This document shows, in pieces, positions 12,694 through 26,527 of a stretch of 64,000 bases of DNA. Made by a program: the position numbers and the translations under genes. The DNA is from Tubiluchus corallicola (taxonomy: Eukaryota; Animalia; Priapulida). The DNA lies in the NCBI GenBank assembly GCA_030141605.1, contig JAQGDQ010000721.1, forward strand, positions 1 through 64,000, read 5' to 3'. Under the pieces are notes generated by a model. It did no database searches. It saw only the letters and a program-made list of their open reading frames with translations, and was not told where the DNA came from. Numbering within the stretch: position 1 is the first letter of the stretch; each line of letters opens with the position of its first letter.

Positions 12694-13809
12694 GGTGAAA
12701 GGGCCACTAAAAAACCTTTATCGTGTTGTCCTGGTCAACCACTGCATTCATTAGTCTATGTCACACTAACTTGTTTGAGTCACCGATTTTCTATATTGGT
12801 CTTAGCTCTGTTATTTTAAGATTTGCTGTCAGTTGTCTGCATATTGGTACGTTAGGAGTCTGAGAAGTCCCAGCTTTTTGTCACTGTTTTGATATGTGCT
12901 AGCTTGTAGATTTGAAAAAGAATATTTGTAGGCAATTATTATGGTACTTGCAATAAGCAATAAATTTTCCTTATTGGGTATAAAACCATGTGTACGTAGA
13001 TGTAGTTAACGGCCTAACGTTCTTGATTTGTCGTCTTGACTGTATGTATGTGTTTGTCCGATCATGTGCAATAAATTCTAGTCATATACGTTAATTCCTT
13101 ATTGTAACGTTTTTCTTAGCGATTTTAGACCCAAAGCAGAAACAACCACGATACTCATGGTAGTACGTAACCTATCTAACCTATGCCACTTATATATGTA
13201 TATATACAGTAACAAAAATACTAGAGAAAAACACACACACACACACGGCAGTTATGTTTCAACATTAATTTAACTTAAATGTATAGTTTTCCATACTATC
13301 TTCATCAGAACAAAGGAGAGATCAGAACTGAGGGAAATATTGTGGCAGGCGTATCTGCGTGTTATTAGCTTGTATATTTTGTCTTTTACATCTAGTTTAG
13401 TGCTGATGTTTTTCGTATTTTTATCTTGGCCATTCTTAAATACAAAACAGCTGCTCATACACACACTTTTCCCTCGGGCCGTGTACCAACGAAACTGCGA
13501 AAAGGTATATTCATAAAACTAGATCTTTATAAAATTCTGTTGCAATTAGGGGATGGTTCCGCCTTTATTTTTTACAAAAGTCTTACAAAGTTTTACAAAA
13601 GACTTTTATAAATAACAAAGTCTTAGGAATCTGGATAATTTCCCCAAAAAGTGTTATGACTAAAGACAGATAATAATTTATCGTAAGACATTAATCAAGG
13701 ATGGGTCATTTAACTGGACCTTACACAACATACGAATGCAAAGGAACGCCAACATTTCAGTGCCTAAGCAGCAATGACAGATTTTGACGTCACCAAGTTC
13801 GGCACATTT

Positions 13810-15560
13810 CAATTAATAATAATTATTTTTTTACATCAGTACAACACTACAGAACAAATCCATGTACAAGAAGTAAAATAACAAAAATAGCAAAATAATT
13901 AACATCAAATCAGAAAATTTCACATAGGTCATACACATTGTACTGCAGAACGCTGAAGAATCTGAGGGCTTGTAAAAGTTTCTGAAAATGTAAAGAAGAG
14001 AAAATAGGTTAGTAGTAGTAGTGAGAAGCGTTAGAGGGAAATAGTGCGAAGAATGGAGAATGGGGATGCTTTAAAAACTATATTCTTAAATGATAAGTAC
14101 AACGTAAGGGCCACGGAATCCCGTAATGGGTTTTTTTCCGGACACGACTTGATAAATGCCTGCAGAAACCTGCAGAAAAGCCTGCAGAAGAAACGTCCTA
14201 GCGGCGCCTGGTGGGACTCCTTGAAAAAGATATATAGCACTTTAAAAAGAGGAGAACCAGGGCTGCGTTATGATGTGTGCTCCAACGTGAGGAGCTGTGA
14301 CGAATTGATTATTTGTTGCATTTCGGGCGATTTTCGCTTGGAAGCAGTTGTCGCAAAAGTAATGCAACAATTTGTGTTTTAATCCAAGTTTCAATAGCTT
14401 TGCTGGCAACACAAGTCAATGAAATTGGTGGATAATTATGGAGGTTTGACAGGTCATCTTTTTTAAAAACAGGGATGATATCTGCAGTTAACCAAGACGT
14501 AGGCAGAGTATGGGAACGAAAATATATTTCAAAAATTGCGCTCAAAGGAGCCGCTAAGTAATGGGTGCGTCTAGAAACCAAAATGCTCGGTAAGCCATCT
14601 GGGCTGTGACTGCATTTGGTTTTCAATTTTCTTTAAACGTGGTACACCTTTTGTACACAAAAATTTAAAAATATTACGTGATACTTTACTATTCATAATT
14701 TGCGCTACATTATTATCATTGATAAAATTGTCACCTGCAAAGATATTAGACAAAATATCTACTTTAGCAGAGTCTTCAACTACTGTGGCATCATTAAATT
14801 TAAGAGTCGCAATGCCACTCTTATAAGTTCGCTTCGAGTCAACTGATTGGAAGACAGCATTCGCATTATTTTCTTTGACGCATTCAGAACGAAAATAGCT
14901 CTGGACAGAGATGAGGCACATTTTTTTATATTCAATTAAGCCACGAGATGTATGTCTGTGACGCCAGAGAAGCTTTTTTCTTCGCTGTAATGATCTCATA
15001 CAGTTTTGACGCAACTTTTTCTTTAACTTAAATTCCCGAAATGGGATCATTTTTTAATGCCCTTACTCGGTAGGGTTCCGTTTCATTGTTCGTAGACTCA
15101 CGTACACTTCTGATTTCTTTTTCGCACAAGCAAAGAGACGCCTCCGCCACACGACTCCATGTCTTTCCAATAAACTTAAAACTCGTTTCCATAATCAAAC
15201 ATTGCGTCAGGTACGCTTTGATCCTGCCAGGTTTCCGTAACTGCAACAACATCGTTGCTTTGCAGCAGAAAACTATCCAAGTCATTTAGCTTGTTGCAAA
15301 TGGACCAGCCATTAATCAAAGAGCAGTTTAGTAGGGGTACTTATTGGCGGCTTTCTCCCCTTACTGGTTTTTCTGCTCGCTGTACGCCCAGTTAATGTTT
15401 TGTTTCCAATATCCGTCTGTTTGTTTAACTTATTTCTTCACCACACCGTTCTCTCGCATGCCAAAATTAATAGAAATGTGACCTGCGTCCTTCTTCTTAA
15501 TTTCCTCGTTCCATTCACTAATTTAGTCTCGCATTTGTTGAACTAAATCACGAACTTCTT
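13810..15560 (-). mobile_element. Decayed, internally deleted CR1/L2-group LINE
   Basis: APE endonuclease motifs DVVAVTETW and GGGVSLLVRK (~15120-15270); pre-RT region SPDGLP...PLSAIF...SW.TADIIPVFKK.D...NY.PISLTCVASK (14309-14626); A/T-rich 3' end near 13810-13830. Confidence 0.85.
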
Positions 15561-16336
15561 TAGGAAGGCTAAATCTAATTTTAAGTTTACTTTAAATTGC
15601 TACAACACCAGTCTGTCTTTGTCTTTTATCATATGCTCCTTTATAGGGTTTTGCATGAAAGAAAATTTAGCAATCTAGAGTAGTCTTTGTTTGCTCGTCC
15701 TAGCTAAATCAATTCAACGAGTTCACTTACACAGGTAAAATTGAAACCCAAGTCCTCACAGTACAAGGTTTTTTTAAAGGTGGCTAGAATAATGCATTTC
15801 GTAGCTTTTCAACATTTTGGAAAGATGCACCATAAGTTGAAAAATTGTAAATTTTAATATTCCTAACAGGTTATTGCTCGAAAGATAACAGGATCGTTTA
15901 TATATGGGTTGACAGAAATACCTAGTGACATAATTAATGAATTGTATGTTTACTCTGTATATCACAATACAGTTATAAGGACGAACTAGTATAAACTATG
16001 TTTTGCATTATGAAATCAACATCTTTACCATTGTAAGCGACTATTATTGGGTTTATGATTTTGTATATTGTACCTTTAGCGACCTGCTTTGTGTTTGGGT
16101 GTGAAAGTATATATGTATATATGTAAATACTCTCTTGGATTCTATTGTGATTTTATAGTACAGCAGAGTGTTTTTTAATTAGTATACAATGCTACGTACT
16201 TTTAAATGTATGAAATAAATTTAAAATGAATAAAATAAAAATAGATAAATACAATAAATAAATGAAAGCAATAATGATAATAGACATTTGACGCTAACTA
16301 GCCCAGTATTTTGCAATACATTTTGTTATCAGCTTT

Positions 16337-18154
16337 TGTGATACAGCAGCAGCCCGTCCTTTGAGAGATAAAAGAGCACTTGGTTGGTCATTGCGTGCTG
16401 GTCCCCGCTCGTTCGTATTTGCTGATTTATGTCTAGGAGAACTATCGGTTTCTCCTCTTTACTATGGTCACTAGTACCAATTATCGTATTCGTTATCATG
16501 TATTATTAATCTCTCTAATTAATACTGATTCTTATCTCTCGCTCGTGATCGTATAACACGTGACCTAAGGAGACACACGACCTATTTAAAAGTGATTCGC
16601 TTCTATTACATTAATTGCTATAAGATTATTTACAACTTGGCTCCTAGAGCTTAAGATAAAGTCTATAGAGCTATGATATCTTCCCACAAGACTGTTATTA
16701 TCTCCTTCTTAATGATCCTGGATCCAAGTACCAGTTATCACTTTATTATCTTAGTCACTCTTTAATGTGCAATATTAATCTCCCTAATTAATATTGATTC
16801 TTATCTGACACATGTGATCGTATATAACTTGACTTAAGACTGAAGGAGGGATTCACCTCTAATACATTAATTGCTAAAAGGTTATTCTCAACCCGGCTAC
16901 TAGAGCTTAAGATAAAATCTATAGAGCAATGATTCCTTCTCACAAGATTGTTTCTACGACTCCGCGTTGTGAAAGAGTCTTAATCTCTAAAGCTATCTAG
17001 CAAAAGTTCCCGCAATTGAACTCGTAGAATACTTAATGTACATAGCAAATCCTTAGACTCGTTTACAGAATTTTATGTTGCTTAACTGAGACACCTCTAA
17101 GCATACTCGAACTAATCATTTATGATTAAACGAAATCCATAACATCGATAACAACAATTACTCTTAGTTTGCTAAATTACAATATATGTACTTAATCGCC
17201 AAAGACGCTCACAATCTATAATTAGCTCCCAGAGATACTAAACAGATTCCTTAACTAGTTCTTCACTTCTGCGCACTTAAGGTGCTAATTTACAATGTGA
17301 AACATATTTTTATTACAATCAACCACACGTCACACTTAAGGTGTCTATTACACTGTGAATTTACTATGCAGAGTTGCTCTCAAGTTACGATACGTTAAGT
17401 TCACTTAACTTGGTGGAATGACCAATGATGACTGTTCAATTGGTCAATTCCAAATCCGTTGCAAGACTTGATTCGTAGCCCAGTGCTCAATTCGTTGAGT
17501 ACGTAGATTCGATGTCCACGCTGGTCTTACGTTGTCTTTGCATCTCCAGTCCCTTTTCTCTCTCGGCACGTGGTTAACCCACAACCACTGAGTTCCAACT
17601 CTCTTCCCGCCGACTGACTGCTCTCCTTCCTCTCGAGCCCTTGTCAAACACCATCTTATATACCCACGCGGAGATTTCATCATCTCGCGTGCTGACGCTC
17701 AAGGTGGTGCAATAGTTCAACCAGATGTCCAGGTCGCGTAGTGTCTCACCTAAGAAACTCGCGTCGCTTGGGTCATAAACTTCTGTTCAAGAAATGAGCT
17801 TCTTCCTGCTCCTTCCCAATATTAGTCCAGCAACTCGCTTTACATTACAGGAGGTATATACTCTTAATCACTTCATGTTATAAAATTCAGCTTCGCTTCT
17901 CTTAAATTCAAACACCTGTGACAAACTTTTCCTCTCTAAATGAACACCTGTCCTATTACTTGTAAACACGTCTCTTGCGACAATAATTCCTTGCCTTACA
18001 ATAAATATAGGCTTTACCAGCTAAGTGAGTTCACATATTTCTTTATAAATTTCTCTGATCCAATTTGGAGGTCTCTTTATCAACATAATCTGATGAAGTT
18101 GATAACTTCATTAATTAATCACTTAATTCATGATTCAGAAATTTATTCATAACA
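16337..18154. mobile_element. LTR-like non-coding repeat, copy 3 (longest), with an internal ~270-bp tandem duplication
   Basis: TGTGAT...ATAACA candidate ends; 16500-16695 is duplicated at 16770-16955; homologous to 10640-11345 and 8040-8600; no coding motif recognised. Confidence 0.55.
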
Positions 18155-18532
18155 CTGTTTCTAGGACTCCGCGTTGTGATTAGAGTGGCGGGTTATGAAA
18201 TAGAAGCGGGAACAGAACATGTTATGTAGTCTAACCTGTCTTAGTATCCCAAAAATGGGATGTAGCGGCGTGTTATCTGACGACTTCTTACATTCGTGCC
18301 GCATTTAATTCAGTGAACTAAAATCGCCAATACTCAAACATCCTGTAAAACAGTTAGACGAAAAGGCCTGCGCTGTTTTGCCCGTTACCTTCAATTCACG
18401 GCGACGTTTGTATACTTAGGACTGTCGCAGCTGCTGTGTTACCCACAGCCTAGAAAAGCACAATTTTTTTAGCGCAAAAAAAAATAATTTTACTCTATAA
18501 TTTCGTTTGCAAAAGTTCTCGTGAACGCCGTT

Positions 18533-21500
18533 ATGAATACAAATAGTAGAAAACGTATAGAAATGTTAACACACAAAATGTCTTTGAAATCTCTGTGGAT
18601 TAAGTGTGGCCTTTCCTTGAGCATTGTTTGCATATCAGTGGCAATACTAAAAATAAATAGCCAAATAAACGTCAAGTCGTCATATCTGAATCAGGACATT
18701 GGTGGTGAGTAGACCTACTTATTGCTTCATTTAAAACTCCTTCAGTACCGTAAAAGCTTGCTGCATTTTGCATTTGTTCATAAAAACTGCTCTCACTAAG
18801 AAACGATTACATTATATTTGATAATTTTTGTAAGTTTCTACTCCTCTCACAGTCGATTTTCACGCAATACGAAATGTACTTGCCATTGCTCTAATTATAT
18901 AATTACGAAATTTCCTTAAATTTATTTTTGATGAAAAAAATGAAAAACGCTTTCAGTAACTGAAGTGTTTCAACCTCAAAAATGTACAGTATCACTGATG
19001 TGAAATCGGTTAGTGCAGAAAACTTCAACTATCCGAACACAACAGTCTGATTCTCTTTGGCCTCAAGTCTACTGTATTCTTAAGGAAAAATTCCTGTTAA
19101 AAATGAGACGACTTTAATTTAATCTTGGCTGATCGGTAGGTTTTCCTGGAAATCTATACAGCAGACAGCTCTTTTGGCCTATAGCAAGCAAGTGGGTACG
19201 ATCGCGCAAGTGTACACCATATTATGGGCTACTTGATAGGCCAAGTTTTTTTCTTAATTAAGTAACTTATCAATGGTTAAAAAACTGCGTGATTGGATAG
19301 CCGAAATTCTGAATAGAACAGTACCTAATTTTAATCTAGTTATATCTGTGCTCATGATGTAGCAGAAAAGTCTTATCAGATCTATTTGGAGTGGTGCGGT
19401 CCTGAAGGGGTAAAATCTGGTAGCAACGCCAGCCCAGACTGAATCCATGGTAACTCATGTTGCCTTGCCACTAGCTACATATTGTTTATGATTAAATTTA
19501 TGTTAATGATTAAAATGCTCATGAAAAGATTAGATTTACATTAACATTATTAAAATGTAAATTATATCAATAATCAACGGGGCAACACACAAGATGTTAC
19601 AAACAGCGACAAAATTTGTGAAAATTCTAATTGAAATTCTAATTCTAATTGAAGCATTACATGTAACATCACGTTGAATCACAACATTTTTGGTAAATTA
19701 GCAGTGCTATTTATGTCTCTTGTAACATGTAACTGCATACCTACATATTTCCAAAAATCAATTACGATGTAAAACACTTGTAAATATTTCTAATAATTCT
19801 AATAATTAACAATCATTGCTAATATTTGTTAACATTTTACGCTCGTGTGGTATTATAATGTTTTTGTGAAACCATCACACTGCACAGGCAAAGGAGCTGT
19901 ATGCATTCACCGAATTTTCCAAAGTGAAAGCGCACGCATTATAATTTAGATAGGAAAGTTGTCCGATCAGTATTATGGCAGCACAAAATTTAGGAAATTT
20001 CAACCAGTTTATGACGACAAGTTAATAAGCAATATGGCAAGCCCCTGACAATTTGACAATAGACAATTGACTTTTAATACATTTTACCCAACCACATTTT
20101 AAATATGTTATGAATCATGAGTAAAATTTTGATTGAAAGGTTTACAGTATTGATTGAAAATTTTGATTGAAAGGTTTACATTTTGTGTGACTCTCGTCAG
20201 CGAAACAATTTATTAATAAGTGAATTAATGGTTTTCATGTAGGATAAAACTTGGCTGTGCAATACTTCATCAAGTGTTTTAGCTAAGCCCTGGAAAACAG
20301 AAATGGAATGAGGCCTACAATTCGTTAGTTCATCAGTGTTACGACAGAACTATTCAAAATATTCCTAAAAAAATCATTAATTCTAGAAAAAAATCATTTA
20401 TAAAAGTTATAGACGGATTTTCGCAAAATAACTTTATAATATGAACGAAATGACACAAATGAGAGAAACAGTAGTATCATGATTTACTTTAAAAAAATTG
20501 AATTAATCATCAGACCAAACTAAGTTGTTGGCGATATTTGATCTCACGACGGTTATCAGAATCTGCATGATTATGTGATATGTTTACACAAGTGATTGAT
20601 GCTTTTCAGATTTTGTGGTATTTCAATATTAGCCTGCATTGCAAATTTGATTCTGTTTTTTGCAGATTATAAGAACACTGACAGCCCAACAAAGCAATCT
20701 TTAAAGAGAGGCATTGAATTGGCCAAGGTGGAATATGTGACCAGAATCAAACATATTCGTCAATATTGCACAAAAAGAACGTTTAACAGCACAGCAGGCA
20801 GGCAGGCTGAAAATTATTTGACTTTAATATTTGTGGATCGTATGCACAGAGTGGTGTGGTGCAGCTCTCCGAAAGTTGGATGTTTGAACTGGCAAAGGTT
20901 AATTAAGAAAACTATACGTTCGCAGTTATCAACAAAAAGTCCGACAGCTCAGCCCCCAGATGTGAACAAATATTTTTACCGGATCTACGAAAATGAGCTT
21001 AAAGAAAAACTGGCAAATGTATTCGCTGATTATAAGAAGTTCTTCTTCGTTCGTGAACCGTTTGCAAGAATTCTGTCAGCTTGGCGAGATAAACTAACTG
21101 GCGACAGTGAAAAATACAATTCACTGAGCAAAGCTATTAGTGAACATTATGCCACATCCAACAAAAAAAGAACGTATTCTACTTTCCGTGAGTTTTTGCA
21201 ATATTTGGTTGATGACGAAAGGAACTTTCCAAATGGTAGCAACCTGAAATTATACAAAAAAGACGTACACTTTAATAGCCTCCTTGATACCTGTCACGTT
21301 TGCACTATACCTTACGATTTTGTTGGCAAATATGAAAACATCGAGGAAGAATCGCGTTTTGTGCTACAGTTGTTTTTTAACAATACTAGTGACTCTCTGT
21401 CTAAAAAGAAGCACAGCAAGCAGGTTGGTCGATCTGAAAGTGTGGCAAAATCATTTTACTCTAAAATACCTACTCTGTTAATAAAGCAAGTTTATAAGTT

Positions 21501-21618
21501 ATACGAGGATGAGTATGAAGCTTTCAATTACAGTTTTCCTCAATACTATTTTGCAAAAAAGCAGCTAATTCTGCCAGCAAAAACAAGACGTGGAAAGAAT
21601 AATACTGCACGTGATTGA
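18533..21618 (+). CDS. Carbohydrate sulfotransferase, Sulfotransfer_2 family (CHST8-14/HNK-1ST-like); exons 18533-18704 and 20666-21618, ~374 aa
   Basis: Exon 1 encodes a type II TM anchor and ends G|gtgagt (phase 1); exon 2 starts after ttttttgcag| in the matching phase. Motifs: 5'-PSB WCSSPKVGCLNW, 3'-PB FFFVREPFARILSAWRDK, CHVCTIPYDFVGKYE and C-terminal LYEDEYEAFNY. Confidence 0.92.
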
Positions 21619-23993
21619 GCAAAATTTTCCAGGAAAAATATTCTGTTTTTTGCTGCATAAAATCGATGTCTACAAACAAATTTGGAGATTATTTGAGTGT
21701 CAATTTTCTGCTGGCAATGTAAGTTGGTAAGGCTGAAGACTGGAGCTTTGAAATTTACGTGGCCTCTGGTTAGGGTGTACAAGTTTCTAAGCTGTCATAG
21801 AACTTTCTTACATTATTTTACTTAAAGTACAACGGGCTCAAGAAGAACATTTTCTATCTCACAGATTTTTACCTGAATTATATACAAGACAGAATTCAAG
21901 TAGCCTTCCCTAAATCAAGTAAAAATTACTGCATTTTCTTGGTCTTCCAAAATATTTTTGGGAAACGTCTATAAATCAAGTTTAAGGTTATATTCATGAC
22001 GCGTACATATAAGCCTATTTTCATGTCAGACTATTTTCACTATTTGTTAAAAACTCTTGGTCTTTTGGTAGCTTTCTATTTCTGGAGCGATCAGATTGAA
22101 ATTTATTTTATAATTTTGTTTTACGTAAAGACAGTTGAAAGGAGCTAAGAGGAAAGCGAATATTATCCTCGAAGTTCGCATCATGTAGGTAGAGGAAACC
22201 GTGAATTTAATTTAGTGTTGCTGTAACATCTACATTTCATTCCTAGCTGTAAAACAAACTACAAAGACAAAAAATAAAACATTAGGACAAAGAATAATTA
22301 TTGACAGAGGATAGTACATTACAAACATTTCTTTTAACTGTAAAATAAGCCACATTTATTAAACCATTACTTTACGCTACAACTTTGCGTACTTATAAAT
22401 CAAATAAGTGTGCAAAGATAGTGAGAAAGGCATACTATATGCGTTAGTGTGCATATTTCTTTCCAGGGAAGAACTTCCTCCTATCAAAACTGTTTGGCAT
22501 ATATTCAATAACTACTTTACTGTGATTAATTACAAAGAAAGAGATTTATAGGCCTGTAACATTGAGTCTACTGTGCAAAATCATATTTAACACATTTAAC
22601 ACGTCTTTAAAGATTAAGGAATGATTTTAAAGACACTTTGCCAACTTTAGATACAGATTATGTTTTTTCTAGTAGAAATAATATTTCTGTTGCTGTTTTT
22701 GCTAATTTAATTAATGACAATTTAATCTCATCTCTGACCTGGTAATTGTCTTGCGTTAATGTTGTAATCGTTGTATGGTAGTGTCTTTATGATACAAGCT
22801 TAAATCTATCTATCATTGCGTCTGTGAAATATGTAAGATGTCACCTATATTGAGTGTATGTGAAACGAAATGTCTGTCTAGTTAAATGTGATTAAATTAA
22901 CTGTCGTTTACAAAGAAATTGAAAAGAGGCTATGTGTTAATTATGTATGTAAATTGATGGCCTATAAAGACCACATCAGGCCTATAAAAACTGTATAATC
23001 ATCATTGTAAATGTAATCTGCATTAGTGCATGTGTACCAGACAGCTTCGTTTAATTTTAAATTAGTGTCGTGTGCGTTTGTGTAACATTATTAGTGAAAC
23101 TTTAATTTTTGTAACTCTATGTCTGAGATATGTCTTTATATATTCAAACCAATCAGTTTTATGTAAAACAACTCCCTGCAACAGATGCACACCTTCTTGT
23201 ATATATTTGTTATTTTAATAAAGAATTATAATAATAACAAGAATAACAACAACATGACCTGAAATTACTCTGCTAAAGGCTGTCTTTGGCTTCACATTTG
23301 TAAGACGAATAGTTATAGTAAAAAATTAAACTATGAATTAATGAAATCAAAATGCATTTCGACACCATTGTCGCATATTTCTTGTTGTAATTGTGTGTTG
23401 CCCAAAAAAAAAATTAATTAAAAATCTTCCCCAGGAGGACTTCACTTAAATAACAAATATATACATATATACAGATACATACATACATTATTCAAAAAAG
23501 GAAATCAGTGGCAAGCAACAAGAATTAATGCTGGAGTCAAAAAAGTTTCTTCAAATATCAAATAACGTAGAAAGTTGTTAAAATGTCGTTACTTTTGTAC
23601 TTCAGTGTTTATTTCAGTGAGTAAATCATTTTCAAGGTTAGTCGTTACCCAATAGTTCTCACGCTGCTAAGATTGTTGTGAAATTTGCTGATCCACTTCA
23701 GATAGCGAGATTATTATTGTCCGCTTATCAATCGCTATCAAATTCCAGACACAATCATAAGGGATTAAAATCTTTCTTTGTGTGCAGGGAGTAACCTGCC
23801 TCCTAGGTAAACACTTCAAAAGGATTATAAATAAGCCGCTCATTTGTGTGTAGAGAGAGCGCATCTCTGCGATTTGGTATTTTTATAAGATTCAAGAATA
23901 TGCTGTAATTGCGTGAGTTTGTTTCCATGAAAGGTTGTGTGTTTGCTCAAGATTTGCACATGTTTTTGAAAGTAGAATTACTGTTAGATCTGC

Positions 23994-24015
23994 ATTATTA
24001 TTATTATTATTATTG

Positions 24016-24055
<40 letters not shown>

Positions 24056-24066
24056 GATTATTATTA
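23994..24066. repeat. (ATT)n microsatellite
   Basis: Direct reading. Confidence 0.95.
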
Positions 24067-24339
24067 TCTTTTGTCTGTTAAATTTTTTGCTGGAAGTTAA
24101 ACAACACTGTGACTACATCTATATTGCGTGGATGACCTCTTGCTTTTTTGTACCTGATTATTTCTATACTGTTATATTTTCCGTATCGTTCTGTACAGTT
24201 ATGCTGATTATAGCTGTTATACATGCTATCCATTATGCTTTTTTTAGATTCACCTGTGGCTTGAAACTACATCTTGTCATTGAGTAAAAATAATGCTGTG
24301 CGACTAAGAAAATTGTTAGCTGTTTTATTTGTGAGTCTT

Positions 24340-24445
24340 CGCACACAGCCGAATGGTAACAATGTGTGCTCACCAACCAAAGTTAAGCAATACTGAACCT
24401 CATCACTGATGGGTGACCACCTCATTCGATTCTCGCTGTATTACA
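24340..24445 (+). mobile_element. Degenerate SINE-like head with 5S rRNA-like segment
   Basis: agccgaatggtaa (A-box-like) followed by aagttaagca...gatgggtgaccacc, resembling the 5S internal control region. Confidence 0.4.
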
Positions 24446-25659
24446 ATTTCACTGGGTATAGATGTATATTATGGATGTACCACCAGAGTCATTCTGAAGG
24501 AATCAATCTGTAATCACCAAATACCAAAGACAAAAGTTGTTTTATGGAAATAAAGACTTGTTAAAAAATTTAAATTGAGCCTGAATATTAATTTGAACAA
24601 AAAGTTAATTAGAAAAGTTTGCATCAAATATTGGCATGGAATACTCCATTCTCAGCTGAACATAAGAAATAAAGCTGAAATGTTTACAACTTCCTACTTC
24701 ATACACAGCACATATGCTTCATCCTGCAAACTCTGACGACCATTGATGCAATTAAAAAAATACTCAGCACCATGCCTTTAAATTATTGAATAAGAAAGAT
24801 ATTTACAACACTTAACAGCATATAGCTGTATATGTACTTTAAAAAATAGGCCTACCTTAAATTGTCGTTTTCTGTCGTCCTTCCATTATCATATTTGCGT
24901 GTTTTAGCTCCCTAGTTTTGCTAAAGTAGAAACCACCTGACTACCAAAATACGATGCAGTTACTATATATGCAGTATCATTGTGACAGATAATTGATGTT
25001 AACTTGACTTTACGCACAGCAATTGTCAAGTCCGACACGGTTAGTTATTTTTTCAAGGAAACCCCTCATTGTTCTTGAAAGGTTTTCAAAAAAATATTTT
25101 TCCATAAATGTTTCATTCATGTTTTTCTTTCTAAGAATATTGACCAAATTGATTACGTCTTTTTATTTTTGGGATCTGTTTGGTAGTGTAGAGATTTTTA
25201 ATTTTAATCTACTTAAAATTTAAAATGAAATCTAATTTAATTTTCAAGTTCGTTTTTGTCCTGCAACGATTTCTGCACTATACACAAACTTTAATGCTAT
25301 GTTAAAAAGGTACTAATATTGTGCAGTAAAAAGGTTTGTATTTTGAAGTTTTGCCTACCAATTAGTCACTGCTGTTGCTGTCTAATAGCAGTAACTCCAT
25401 GTTTACAGGATTATCAGAAAAAGTGTTTATTTCTACGCAAAGTAACTTTTAGTACGGTGTTACAAACACACAAATTGAGCTGCCACATCAATATGATTTT
25501 CATTCTTTGGAATTCTAAGTCGAAATGCAACATTCACAATCATATCACAATAAATCTTCTCAAAAATATAATGAACATTACTGTCTGTGTTTATAAAACA
25601 CTAATTTATTACAAGGGAAGAAATAAACAATGCATTGTAAGACGTATGGTTGTCGGTAT

Positions 25660-26527
25660 TTATAACAATAAAGTTGCGAGAGCAGCCAAGACCACGATGA
25701 ATGCACACAAATGTCTAGTTGGCATGGCTTCATTTTTAATGGCAAACAGTCTTGTTGGAGCACCAGTGCCGCCTTTTATACACATTGCAACAGCAAAAAC
25801 TTTGGTACCTGTAGAGGGCATTTTGTAAAATTTGCAACTTTCTCCAGGAGTGGAACGTTCTTGCACAGAAGCACTTTATGAACTGGATAAGTTTTTGATT
25901 GTCCGTAGTCATTAGAGTCCGTAGTCATTACGCCATAAAGCTTAATATTACGATTTTCAAGCAACCATTTAGCTGTATCAGCATGTAATCCAGGAAAGTG
26001 CATTTCTGACCACCTTTTTTCATTCCTAAGTACTTCTCCTCATCATGGAAGTACTGATGCCATCCTGTATTTAGCAAAAACAGAGCACCATCCGGGATTT
26101 GACCATGGCTAGTTTGCCACTCTTTCATGTCCAGCACTGTAGCTTGATAATCAGGATTTTCCTTCGCTTTCCCAGAAACCACACCTGGTCCAAAGGCATT
26201 TTCTGGCTTGATTTGTTCAATTGAATAACCATTTACAATATAATGAAAAGGTGCATCCATGTGTGTTCCTGTGTGTTCTGTAGTTTCAAAGTCATTTGCT
26301 TCAACGTAGACATTGTATGGTCCTGCAACACCTTTATGTGGTCGGCTGAGGTTGTAACGGGTCATTGCAGTAGGCCAGAAGGACATTTCAGCATTGAAAT
26401 ACTTGTGTGTTAAATCAATTGCTTCATCCTCCTCCATGTTTTTGGTTGATTTTTCTTCCTTTTTGAAAAGTGAAGGAATAACATTTGCATTCAGCAAACA
26501 AATGTACAGAAATAATTTTTGTGTCAT
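25660..26527 (-). pseudogene. Cyclase-family metal-dependent hydrolase (kynurenine formamidase/isatin hydrolase-like) with two frameshifts
   Basis: DLTH, EHTGTHMDAPFH (HxGTHxDxPxH), LLNTGW, HFPG, YPVH..LL, E.VAN and GGTGAPTRLFA are spread over three ORFs joined by single-base losses at ~26004 and ~25829. The coding region is intronless, with an acceptor ttttcag|gaaATG upstream of the start. Confidence 0.9.

Noticed and set aside
13520-13660. Possible NDST C-terminal exon
   Set aside because: Only a vague L..FY resemblance, with no diagnostic motif or clear splice sites.
20596-20665. Hydrophobic N-terminus of the 340-aa ORF as the true signal anchor
   Set aside because: It coincides with the polypyrimidine tract and acceptor; a phase-compatible upstream exon supplies a proper type II anchor.
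25319-25828. 169-aa plus-strand ORF
   Set aside because: Antisense to the cyclase 3' end, non-ATG start, no recognisable domain.
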